The notes: generated by a model not told the origin, from the letters alone. 63,554 nt of DNA, filler included, from Octopus bimaculoides (GCF_001194135.2; 4 parts of 4 records of this genome joined end to end with filler, not necessarily neighbours in it), one strand, 5' to 3'; positions 50,026 to 62,134 are shown, numbered from the whole stretch's first letter. Translations and numbers: made by a program.

Positions 50026-50701
50026 CAACTGATATTAAAATAAGTTTTTATCGAAATCTTCGTAGTTTCGAAGGTACTAGACTTTGGCTTACATCGTCAC
50101 CATAGTAACATTTCAGGTGAGGGCCTACTGAACGATGTCTACAAACTTACGGCTACGAGATTCAACCAGAAGCAAGAATTACTTGAGTTGGTTCAGGTGC
50201 CGAAGAAAATCAGTCCTACCTCCCTATGTGCCACATACGGAGGTAATAATTATCTTGACACGTAGCCACATAACTAAAATTACATATCAAAGTAGCGTTT
50301 AAGCTCGCGCAAATCATACACAACTCATAAAGACCACAGCTAGAGCTTTATCGCAAACCGCAAGAGCTAGCAAATATAACTTTTTATGATTGAGTTTTAA
50401 CGATTAAAGTAGAAAAGCCATTAGATTGTAATGGAATAATTGAGGGAATAGTTATTCCATTACAATTAGTTAAATGGTTCAGCAATACTAGCGCTAAATA
50501 TTGTTGAATTCTTTCCATCAAACTTCAAGCAATTTTCACCAAAACACCAGAATTTGGGATTACATCTTGTGATATTCACGATGGCGATTCCTGTTTGAAG
50601 TTATTGTAAGCGAACGTATTAGCTAATATTTCTTGTTTGTGATATTAAGACGGCCAGTTGGAATTTCGAAACTCTTTACGATTCCTAAAAGAAATAACGC
50701 T

Positions 50702-51010
50702 GGAGGCACCTGGTCTAGTGGTTAGAGCAGCAGACTCGCGGTCGTGGGATCGCGGGTTCGAATCTCAGACCGGGCGATGTATGTGTTTATGAGCGAAACA
50801 CCTAAGCTCCACGGCGGCTCCGGCAGGAAGGTAATAGCAAACCTCGGCTGACTCCTTCGCCACAACTTTCTCTCACTCTTTCCTCCTGCATCTAGCAGCT
50901 CACCTGCGATGGACCGACATTCCGTCTAGCTGGGGAACCTATACGCCAATGAAACCGGGAAACCGACCCTTATGATCCAGGCACGAGAAAAAACAAACAA
51001 CAACAACAAC
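50702..51010 (+). mobile_element. tRNA-derived SINE, family D, with (CAA)n tail
   Basis: Head GGAGGCACCTGGTCTAGTGGTTAGAGC...GGTTCGAATC has clear A and B boxes, followed by a ~200-bp non-tRNA body and an (aac)n tail. Confidence 0.85.
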
Positions 51011-51474
51011 AGAAATAATGAATTTGGTAATATTAACGAATTTCTTGGGAATTCTATAGTTAATACATCGATAATCAACCCATCAGCACAAATAGGAGTG
51101 GGGGTGGGGGTCTACTTNNNNNNNNNNNNNNNNNNNNNNNNNNNNNNNNNNNNNNNNNNNNNNNNNNNNNNNNNNNNNNNNNNNNNNNNNNNNNNNNNNN
51201 NNNNNNNNNNNNNNNNNNNNNNNNNNNNNNNNNNNNNNTAATATGTAATTTTGTAATTTGAAGATTTATCAGCTACTTTCAGAAGTGAAGGCGTTAGAAA
51301 TTGTCTTCAAGAAAAAAAAAAAAAGTGTATGGTCAAGGAAAATAACTCTAATAAATTTTAACCAAAATTATTTCCCTTGCTTTTTTTTTTTTTAACTGAC
51401 GATTCTGAGGCAGTATTTTGAAGAGCTTAATCTTAAGACTTGTAATTAGAGTAAAAAAAAGAATATCATTCCCA

Positions 51475-51685
51475 GTCGTCAAGCTGCTGGAAACGTTAGC
51501 ACGCCAGGCGAAATGCTTAGCAGTGTTTTGTCTGTCTTTACGTTCTGAGTTCAAATTCTGCCGAGGTCGACTTTGCCTTTCATCGTTTCGAGGTCGATAA
51601 ATTAAGTACCAGTTGCGTACTGGAGTCGATCTAATCGACTAGACCCTCCCACGAAATTTCGGGTCTTGTGCCTAGAGAAGAAAAG
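51475..51685 (+). mobile_element. SINE family A, full length
   Basis: ggaaacgttagcacgccaggcgaaatgc...gtcgactttgcctttcatc...cctagagaagaaaag. Confidence 0.9.
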
Positions 51686-52351
51686 ACTTGTACTTGTTTT
51701 ATCGACCCCTCTTGCTTGAAACGCTAGAGTACAATGACGTAAACAAACCAACACCAGTTGTCAAGCGATGGTGGAGAACAAACACAAACACACTGCTACA
51801 TACATGTAGGTGAGTGTGCATGTGTGTGTGTGTGTGTGTGTCTGTGTCTGTGTCTGTGCGCGCGAGCGTTTGCATATGTGTGTGCGTGTGTGCGCACGCA
51901 CGGCGAGTATGTTTGTTATAAAAATCTTCAGTAAAACATAGTACAGTTCATTTATTATCGCCCTTGTTGAGTAGTCTCCCTTGCAAATCCAAGGGAGGCT
52001 ACTTAGTACTCTAATTGCAATTTTTTCCTTTTATTTTGATTTCTTAGAGCTCAAAAATTTGAGATAGTTATAAACGGTTATAACTGGTACCACAGAGTTA
52101 AATTATTAAATTATTAAAATAAATTTGCATAGCAATACAAACAAAACTTAGTTGAAGAAGTCATTTGCCGAAGACCAGCCAATGACATGGCATTCAACTC
52201 AAGGGACAGATATGAATTTGAACCTGCGCAGCTTTAATTTCATTGGTTCGTAACCGTTGTTATTTTGAGACAGCATTTTAGCAACATATATATTTTAAGT
52301 ATGATAGATGGATGGCTATACATATATACATACATATATGCATGCATACAT

Positions 52352-52898
52352 TGCAGTACCAGGCAGTGGCTCTCATGGCTTCTCATCTTAACTGATTGGA
52401 AGTGTTATCATGTACATTGTTTTGTCTTGGTATAAAAGATGGGCTACAACAAATATTCTGCTCAGTACCACAGTGTTGCTTGTCAGTTGCTTGAAATTGA
52501 CCAGTCGAGCATGTCCCTTAGTGGCTGACTATATGTACATCTCTGATCACGAGCAGGAGTAGTAGCGGAGCATCATAGCTACGTGTTGAGAGGAATTCTT
52601 TGAGGTTTGAATAATTCACCTTTGGAAACATGGGTGTTTTGCTTAACATCCTTAAACAAATTTTACTCAGGGACCTTTTGAGCGAGGTGGGCCATTCGAC
52701 CTGAAGAAAATTCTAACTGAGCCCCACCTGCGACGTCATGCGCTGTTAATCTTGATATGAGACCACCATGTCGCGCACATATGGTTGTGATACATGTGCC
52801 TGGTGTACCCTTATCAGACGGGTAGTCATGATGGGTATATTGGGCTTCGTATATTTTATCCTAGTGTCACTTTGATGGCATGCACTGCTCTCTCGCTC
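52352..52898 (+). mobile_element. Non-coding interspersed repeat, probably a LINE 3'UTR, ending in a (CATA)n tail
   Basis: gcagtaccaggcagtggctctcatggc...ggcatgcactgctctctc, which I recognise as a common octopus repeat, runs straight into the microsatellite. Confidence 0.5.
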
Positions 52899-53089
52899 AT
52901 ACATACATACATACATACATACATACATACATACATACATACATACATACATACATACATACGCACGCACGCACACACACACACACACATACATACATAC
53001 ATACATACATACATACATACATACATACATACGTACGTACGTAAGTACGTACGTTAATACGTACGTGCATGCGTACGTACAGATACCAT

Positions 53090-53580
53090 CAAGGTACAGC
53101 CTCTCTTCTGCGTCATGACGTTGTCGCAAAAACAAAAAAAAAATGGCTGTCCTGGGATAAACATAGAGAATCCCCCTGTTGTTGAATACATACGGAAATA
53201 CGAGCATAATGAACACTGCTGGAACATTGCCATGAAAACATCTGTCAAGTGTAAGCATAACCGGCCGGATATTGTTGTTTGTGACAGACAAGAAAAGGTA
53301 TGTCCCGTCATAGAGGTCAGCTGTCCTGTTGATGTCAGAGAAAGAAGATAATTATGGAGAACTGCTTGGGAACCTCCAGCTTCTATATCCGGATTACAGA
53401 TTTACGTTTATACCAATAATAATTTGAGTGTTTGGTTTTGTACGTAAATGCCTAACTGTCAGTCTGGATAAGCTTGGATTTTCAAAAAAAGAAATCAACC
53501 AACAGATTCGTGCATTATAAATACAATCTGTAAGTGGAACAATAAAACTATGCAAGACTTTTCTCGTGTTTAAAATGTGG
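53090..53580 (+). mobile_element. R4/NeSL-like LINE 3' end with restriction-like endonuclease
   Basis: LRHDVVAK, KCKHNRPDIVVCDRQEKVCPVIEVSCPVD, KEDNYGELL...FIPIII...SGTIKLCKTFL. Confidence 0.85.
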
Positions 53581-53687
53581 CATTGTTTTTGTTATCTACA
53601 TTCCAAAGATGGAATTTGTATCTTTGTTATGAACCAGCTCCTTTTTCAGAGGAAAAGTTTAAATGATTAAATACAGAAGAGACATAC

Positions 53688-53724
<37 letters not shown>

Positions 53725-53781
53725 AATACATACATCACAGCTGCGTCCTCGTTACACGAGAAAAGCCATTGCCAGGAAGAC

Positions 53782-54130
53782 TTACTGAAATGATTCATTA
53801 TTGTTGCCATGTGATGCCCTTATATGACTTTTAAGACCGGCCAAGGTTTTACACATTTTATTACATACTGGACAACTGTGCTGGCTGGCAGGAGGAACAG
53901 GTGCCACCATATGCACTCTCGTAACATGTCTTTTTAGACCTCCGACTGAAAGGCACGCCCTTTCACATTTTACACACGTTCTGCTATGAATTTTAATAGC
54001 TACATCATTGTTTATCATGGATCGATTTCTATGAGAATTTTGATGGCTCACCAGGCCTGCACGACTCTGCCCACAAACCACACATAAAAAGCAGCACTCT
54101 CTCCCTTACCACAGGTTTCCCCCCTTCTAA
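53782..54130 (-). mobile_element. Probable LINE C-terminus with three C2H2-like zinc fingers
   Basis: CGQSRAGLVSHQNSH, CVKCERACLSVGGLKRHVTRVH and CPVCNKMCKTLAGLKSHIRASH. No TGEKP linkers; a short 3'UTR then a (TATG)n tail. Confidence 0.6.
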
Positions 54131-56010
54131 ACCCCCTCCTAATTCTCTCATATATATACACACACACACACATATGTGCACAAGCATACCTATATGTATA
54201 TATAATATTGAATAGAACAAAGAGTATGAAGACTTGTACATCCACAAATTTTATCTTATAGTTATATGCAGCATATTCTAATGACCTACACGTGTTTCCT
54301 CTGCAGTGGCTACTCGCTCTTGCAAAAGCAACCTTGCATTATTGTCGATATAAATATATATATATAAATATACACACCCAAACATACAAATGTTTGTGTG
54401 TGTCAATAACCATACATATACGTTGTTGACATCATAGGAATTTATAAATTTTGAGAGAATGTGGAATAATTCTCTTTTGGAACGGTGGATTTTGAAACAG
54501 CAGAAGATGCTGTAAGAAGTAATAACGGACAAATATTGGTCTAAAATTTCTCTGGACAGAAAAAGTCAAAGGCTGCTCCAAGATCCAGTGTTTCCAAAAT
54601 TACACACACACACACACACACACATAATGAACACAATATAAAAAAAAAATTAAAAACAAAAACTAAACTTTTTTCAGGATTATAATTATTTTTATTTCAT
54701 GAATAAATTTTTTTCAATATTTTTTTAATACTTTTTCATCATTTATGAAATCCATATTACAAAGTCCAAAAATGTTAATTAAATTCTTTCTCAATATCAA
54801 GTATCATACAAAGTAACACAATCCACTAACACAAAGTACTTTTTTTTATATTTTGATTAGTTTCTTTTTGAGTTTTTTTTTATCGTATAACTATTTTCTG
54901 TCTTTTTTTTTATTTTTAAATATTTTTTTTCCATGCTTGCATGGGTTATACTGTTTAGCAAATTTAAATATTTGCATGAGCAGAGAGCAGATTTCATTTT
55001 TTTTTTCTTTTCTTTTGTACAGCTGGAATCTTTAATTTGTCATTGACTTCCTGATGCTAACCACTTTTCTGTGATCAAGATTATGTTAACACATACTTTC
55101 ATCTACCCACCCACCCCTCTTAATTAGTTAACAAAGGGTTTAAACCAAATGCAAACACTGTAGAATCTGTACGATTTGGCATTTCAGGGTCCCAAATATA
55201 TGTATTTCAGGGGCCCAAATATATATTAGTTATTTCAAAATATTATTTATGTGACAGATTTAAAACTATACTTTTCTGTAAAATACTTAAGATTCTGGGC
55301 CTTGGCAGCCAATAAAAAGGAATCAATTTTTTTATTACGTTTATTGTTATTAATATTATTATAGCTGTTGTTCCTTTTGTATTTGCCATTTTAGAGGGCT
55401 AGGTTTAAACTATGTGTCTGAAGTGCCAAAGAGATGTCACTACATTGACAAAACATTCTCCATAGCATATGACCTACAACAAATAGTATGATCTTCTGGA
55501 CAGCATAAATACTAATATTGTTGTTGTTACTATTATTATTATTCTCCCTCCTTTCCTCTTCCTCCCCGTCATCTTTGATGTAACTCCCCCTACCCACGGA
55601 AATTGTAAACTTTCATTGGACCTGCTCTAAGCATGCGCTTGTAGATTGGAGAACAAAAGTTGGGTGAGGGCTTGAGTCCTTAGTGGTCAGAGTGACCCTT
55701 GGTCTGTAGGGTTCCTTGATTGGTCTTAGTTCGAGGTTCTCCTGTGTCAGAAGGACAACATCATAGTAAACTTTTTAATCTCACTTCTCCCTTCTTCTCC
55801 CTTTCTCCCCATCACTTTTTATGTAACCCCCACCTCACCCACAAAATCTATAAACTTTCCTTGTCATGATTTTTTCAGTTGAGGTCCCTGTGGCAAATAA
55901 AGAAATTATTATCATTATTATTATTATTATTGTAAAATATAACGTGTCTTCAATGGCACAACAATGCAGAGTGGACTATAATAATTGTTATAATTTAATT
56001 ATCCATAGTC

Positions 56011-56056
56011 TGAGATAATAAATATTTCGGAATAAAATTCCTTCTTCAGATATCGC
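56011..56056 (-). ncRNA. Hammerhead-like motif, decayed
   Basis: GATAT-CTGAAGA-A-GGAA(TTTTA)TTCC-GAAA-TAT-T; perfect stem II and core, poor stem I. Confidence 0.4.
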
Positions 56057-57645
56057 TAGGAATTGATCGAGTCACTGCTATAATCGGTTTTTCCAACGGT
56101 TACTGGGAATTTTTGTCTGGAAGCATCTCTGCAGTGGTCTCACAAAGTTCCTTCCAGGATTTCTCATGAGAAGTGCGTGAGGACGGCCATGTCTCAAGCC
56201 CGTGTGTGTTGGCACATCCGCAGCACTGCTTCTAAGTTATGTATTATACATGCATTTTCTTCTCTTTCTTTTTTTCTTTTTTTGTTATTTGACCATTTAT
56301 GCTCAGTGGTATCCATCATAGGATTGCCATTGGCCAACTGCGTTCTAGATGTGATCCTGTGCCCTATGGTGGGGTGAGGGGTCGGTACCTACAGAAATTG
56401 AACTTGAAATTGCAAGCCAAATTTTTATGTTAACCCACAACTCTTACATTACCCTTCTTTTCAATGTTAACCCCACCCCAACAATCACATGTTACTCCAC
56501 AGTACTATGTGACCCTAATTTTCGATGTTAACCCAGTTCTATGTTGCCCCAGTTACCCTACTTTCCACTGATAACCCACAGATCTATGTTTACCACACTT
56601 TTCAATGTCAACCCTCCAACAATTCTGTTACCCCAGTTTTCACTCACTTTTCCTGGTTAACTCCTTCCTAGAATGTTTCCCCACCTCTCATCAATAATCT
56701 GCATTTTAACGCTAGGTTAATTAAACTGCTCTCTAATGCTTTAAGTGAAGGCTGGTTGAGGAATGGATGCTGATACCTGATAGGAAAATATACACACAAT
56801 GAAATTATGAAAGTGGTGGTGGTGGTGGTGGTGGCGGTGGCAGTGGTGGGAGACAAGCCTCTCTATATACAGCTAAGAATGCCTGTACCTGGCAGGTGAA
56901 GGGAAATAGTGCGGAGTTGCCGTTAAAAAAAAAAGCAAGTTTAGGAGGTGATATGCCTTTGTCTTTTGGCTCCCAGATAGCCATTATATATGATAAAAAA
57001 AAAAAGACAAAAAGAAAAAATAACTGGTATTTGCATCCTTGGCCATTTAGGTTTATACTGGCCATTATTAGACTTTGGATAGGCCAAGGGTTATCAAACA
57101 AAATTAAGCATGGACTAACGAAAACAAGGGGCCGATCTTGAAGATCAAAACAGTGCTCTTGCAACATTCATTCTCAAGCCTTCTCTCCTCCGAGAAAACC
57201 CCTAGAATCAGGCCCCGAGAGAAGAGGTCAAAATAGTACCACATGGTGCAAGAGTGCTCCAGCTACATTAAACACTGGCTGAAGGAAGACACGAACACAG
57301 AATTCTGGAGATCACAATGGAATCGGATTCTTCCCTCCTCTTTCTGTACTTCATACACACACATACCCCCCTCCGTTCCTCCCTCTCTCTCTCACTCTCA
57401 CTCTATCAGTGATCATGTAGTTGTGACAGCCAGGTCATTTAGTACACAGTAATAAATTATATATAATTCTTTTGGAACCCTCTTCCAGGAAGACAATCTG
57501 GCTAATTGTTTAGGCAAGGCCCATCCTAACTGAAGTAAATTACTCTCTGCTTTCATCTTCCCCACCTCTCTCTCTCCCTCTTTCTCTACATACACACACA
57601 CACACACACACATACATAAACAATAACTAAGTATGATTCATATAC

Positions 57646-57680
<35 letters not shown>

Positions 57681-57875
57681 CATCCAGCTGTAGAAACTCT
57701 GCCAAATCAGATTGGAGCCTGGTGTAGCCATCTGGTTCACCAGTCTTCAGTCAAATCGTCCAACCCATGCTAGCATAGAAAGCGGACGTTAAACGATGAT
57801 GATGATATATATAACCGTTTAACGTCCATTTCCCATGCTGGCATGGATTGGACAGTTTGACAGGAGCTGGCCAGC
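57681..57875. mobile_element. Two family-E 3' fragments, tail to tail (57681-57806 +, 57815-57875 -)
   Basis: catccagctgtagaaactctgcc...gcggacgttaaacgatgatg followed by cgtttaacgtccatttcccatgctggcatgg. Confidence 0.8.
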
Positions 57876-57932
57876 TCCTATATATACACATGTATATATA
57901 TACACACACACACACATGCGCGCACACACACA

Positions 57933-57978
<46 letters not shown>

Positions 57979-58294
57979 TACACTCAGAGATGATATCATT
58001 ATTCTTTGGAGTTGAGAAATCCAACATGGCAGGTTACTCATGATTTTTACATCCTTTACATGTAGGTTATTTTATTTTAAGCCTGAGAGAGGAGTGCTTA
58101 TAAACATCCATTGATGTTCTTGTTTTTCCAGCTGTATACGATCTTCCCACTGATAACTATTCTCCTGTAGAGTATGTGAAGTGGAGCACATAAAAATCAT
58201 GTGCCCTGGTCAGGAATGCATAAAAAACAATGGTCATAATAGTATCAGCTATGATTTTATCACCACGTGGCGTGTACTCCACCCAGATACATAT

Positions 58295-58325
<31 letters not shown>

Positions 58326-58379
58326 TATATATATATACACGCACATACATATATGCACACATACATACATATATATATG

Positions 58380-58437
<58 letters not shown>

Positions 58438-59459
58438 CATATATGTGTATGTGTATAGTATGTGTATATATATATANNNNNNNNNNNNNNNNNNNNNNNN
58501 NNNNNNNNNNNNNNNNNNNNNNNNNNNNNNNNNNNNNNNNNNNNNNNNNNNNNNNNNNNNNNNNNNNNNNNNNNNNNNNNNNNNNNNNNNNNNNNNNNNN
58601 NNNNNNNNNNNNNNNNNNNNNNNNNNNNNNNNNNNNNNNNNNNNNNNNNNNNNNNNNNNNNNNNNNNNNNNNNNNNNNNNNNNNNNNNNNNNNNNNNNNN
58701 NNNNNNNNNNNNNNNNNNNNNNNNNNNNNNNNNNNNNNNNNNNNNNNNNNNNNNNNNNNNNNNNNNNNNNNNNNNNNNNNNNNNNNNNNNNNNNNNNNNN
58801 NNNNNNNNNNNNNNNNNNNNNNNNNNNNNNNNNNNNNNNNNNNNNNNNNNNNNNNNNNNNNNNNNNNNNNNNNNNNNNNNNNNNNNNNNNNNNNNNNNNN
58901 NNNNNNNNNNNNNNNNNNNNNNNNNNNNNNNNNNNNNNNNNNNNNNNNNNNNNNNNNNNNNNNNNNNNNNNNNNNNNNNNNNNAAAACCATTCTGTGTAT
59001 ACGACAAGAGAGTTATATCAATTTATTCCCAAGAATATACATATTACGTATCAAAAAGAAGTTTACAAAAAAATGCAAAAAAAAAAATTAATAATAAAAA
59101 ATAAAAAAAACAGAATACAAAAGAAAATTGTGTTAAAGTACAAATGGTACAAAAAAATTAATAATAATGATGATGATAATAATAATAATAATAACAGTAA
59201 TGATACAAAAAAAATAAGTAAATTAGGACGGTTGATGTGGTGCATGGTTCATGAAATTGCAAAGAAAGAATATAGGGAAAATGACTGAGAGATGGAGAGA
59301 CAGAGAAACAAGGGAGTGGTGTGTTGAGGGGGCTGGTGCAAACGGGGGTAACGGTTTATATATAATACATATATATATATATAATGAAAAATATAAATAA
59401 ATAAATATAAAAAAATGATGTCTTCACCTCTTCTCTCTCACTCTCACTCACTCAATCTT

Positions 59460-59490
<31 letters not shown>

Positions 59491-59749
59491 ATCTGTTTTG
59501 TAATACAAAAATCAGGGAATAATTAATTTTCATCACCAATATTTTTAATAATGATCATCAACATCATTATCAACACCATCAGTATCATTATTATAGAAAT
59601 TTCTTAAGGAGGTGTAAGGGGCCAAAATGATAGCTTTTGAAGAAAAAAAAAAAAAAAAAAAAAAAAAAAACGAAAAAAAAAAAAGGTGTTGCAATATTAT
59701 TTCGTTATTATTGTCTATACATTCTAGTTTCAGATCTCACCAGAAAGTT

Positions 59750-59913
59750 TCACTCTTTCCCTTCCAAAGCATAGAGCGCTGTGGTTTTATCGATAAAGTG
59801 CCTGTCAGCGAAGTGACTGGGGTTAAATGCAGTTGGCCCACACCTCACCACTATGTCACGAAGATATGTGTGATGAACATGAAGAAAGGTTGCTATGAGA
59901 TTAGGGGATATTG
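59750..59913 (-). CDS. Candidate terminal coding exon of an unidentified gene (53 aa to stop)
   Basis: Acceptor ttgtctctgtcactttAG. Only the phase-1 frame is open: ISPNLIATFLHVHHTYLRDIVVRCGPTAFNPSHFADRHFIDKTTALYALEGKE*. Followed by U-rich, 3'UTR-like sequence. Confidence 0.45.
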
Positions 59914-59990
59914 CTAAAGTGACAGAGACAACCAGTCAACATCTTTATCACGCATACTCACAAATACATGCAGACATCACACTCTCTCTT

Positions 59991-60027
<37 letters not shown>

Positions 60028-60065
60028 ACATACATAAATATACACACACAGATATATATACATGT

Positions 60066-60111
<46 letters not shown>

Positions 60112-60165
60112 TATGTATATATGAATGTATGCATGTATGTATATAATAGTTATCATCACCATCAC

Positions 60166-60210
<45 letters not shown>

Positions 60211-60699
60211 CCTCATCATTTTAATGTCTACTTTTCCATTCTTGCCTGGATCAGACAAGAGTATGCTGGGACAGTTTTCTACAGTCAGATGCTCTTCCTG
60301 TCACCCAACCTACCCACACTTGTTTCCAAGCAAAGCAATAATTGTCCAGTCTACTAATTATTATTACAATTATTATTAATATTATTATTATTATTGACAA
60401 TAATAATAATAACAACAACATCAACAACTTGTAACATTGATACAATGCCACAAATTTTGGCAGAGGCAGGGGTTCTCAATACTTGATTGGTATCTTATTT
60501 CATCAACCCCTTGGTGGGGGTGAAACGCAAAGTCAACCCTAGTGGGATTTGAACCTAAAGACATATAAAAATACAAAAAAAAAAAAAATGTAACTAAATA
60601 CTGACTCTGCTGTTCACTGCCATNNNNNNNNNNAAAAAAAATGTAACTAAATACTGACTCTGCTGTTCACTGCCATGGTAACAATAATAATAACAATGA

Positions 60700-61029
60700 T
60701 GATGATGATGATGATCAAAAAAGATGTAATACAGGACATGTATGCATGGGTGTGGGTATGTGTGTAGCCAAGGCCGTGTTGAGAGTGCATAGTATGGTAA
60801 ATCTCAAAGATACAAAAAAAAAGAAAACAGCAACAGCAGTAGTAATAGCAGCAATAGAAACGGTAGTAGTAGTAGTAGTAATAGTAGTAGCAGTAGTAGT
60901 AGTAGGAGTAGTAGTAGTAGTAGTAATAGTAGTAGTAGTAGTAGCAGTAGCAACAACAACGCTGAGTCCACATATAAATATAGCAACGTAGCAAGAAAGT
61001 AATGTTAGTGATAAGGATAACAATAAATG

Positions 61030-61087
<58 letters not shown>

Positions 61088-61090
61088 CAG
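60700..61090. repeat. (GAT)n/(AGT)n/(CAA)n low-complexity trinucleotide tracts
   Basis: Directly visible. Confidence 0.9.
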
Positions 61091-61129
61091 CCGCAGTAAA
61101 TTTGTGGTTGTGTCACTGATGTAGTATAT

Positions 61130-61163
<34 letters not shown>

Positions 61164-61173
61164 NNNNNNNNNN

Positions 61174-61204
<31 letters not shown>

Positions 61205-61286
61205 TCACACATATATATATATACACACACAAACATATATATATAGATATATATAACCATATAAATACATATATGTAAACAGATAT

Positions 61287-61358
<72 letters not shown>

Positions 61359-61758
61359 ATGTATGCATTAAAATCCAGGAAAAGTGAGAAGCGAAATAAG
61401 ATTTAATTCCATCAGGTTACAGCTGTTTCATAATTCACTCTCAGTTACATTATCGACTCTGTTGCATAGACACGTACACAGTGTATAAACTTCACATATA
61501 TATCATATACATATATGCATACATATTTATATATATGCACACATACAATAGTATAGTTACCTGATGATGCACCAGAGGGAACTAATCTTCTGGACATTTT
61601 TCAAACATTTGCATCTGTCCACCTACCTATATCTATGTGTATACGTATGTGTATGTAAATGTGTATATATATATATATACATATATAAATGTGTGTATTT
61701 ATATATGTGTATACATATACATATAAATATACATACACATACATATACATATATATAT

Positions 61759-61858
61759 NNNNNNNNNNNNNNNNNNNNNNNNNNNNNNNNNNNNNNNNNN
61801 NNTTAATTAATTAANNNNNNNNNNNNNNNNNNNNNNNNNNNNNNNNNNNNNNNNNNNN
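61759..61858. other. Artificial scaffold-join spacer
   Basis: 44N-TTAATTAATTAA-44N. Confidence 0.95.
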
Positions 61859-61942
61859 GAAAAAGAGTTCTATTTTTCTATGCCAAACAATTTCACTTAG
61901 TGACTCTCTTTTCACTATTTCTTCAAATACAGTGAAGTTTAT

Positions 61943-61984
61943 ACTTTGTTGATGAGGTCCGACAAGACCGAAACATATTGGAGT
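61943..61984 (+). ncRNA. Decayed hammerhead-like motif
   Basis: ACTTTG-TTGATGA-GGTC(CGACAA)GACC-GAAAC-ATATT-GGAGT; perfect stem II, C3 changed to U, damaged stem III. Confidence 0.45.
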
Positions 61985-62134
61985 TGTCTCCCGTATTTAC
62001 TGAAAGAATCAAAATAAAATATTAACCAATTACTAATATTGTGGAGGGTTTTTCCTCGCCGCATGTTTTTTTTTTTTGTTTTTTTGTTCTAATTGACTTT
62101 TTGATGCTCACTGCATTAAATGAGTTACCATTGA

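Noticed and set aside
50702-50776. tRNA gene
   Set aside because: A and B boxes are present but the acceptor and anticodon stems pair poorly, and the sequence continues into a SINE body with an (AAC)n tail.
54307-54350. Acceptor followed by WLLALAKATLHYCRY (PH-domain-like helix)
   Set aside because: No donor site; the frame runs into a TA repeat and is too short to be informative.
60581-60676. 43-bp direct duplication
   Set aside because: The identical copies flank a 10-N gap, which is a contig-overlap artefact. The same applies around 41152-41161.
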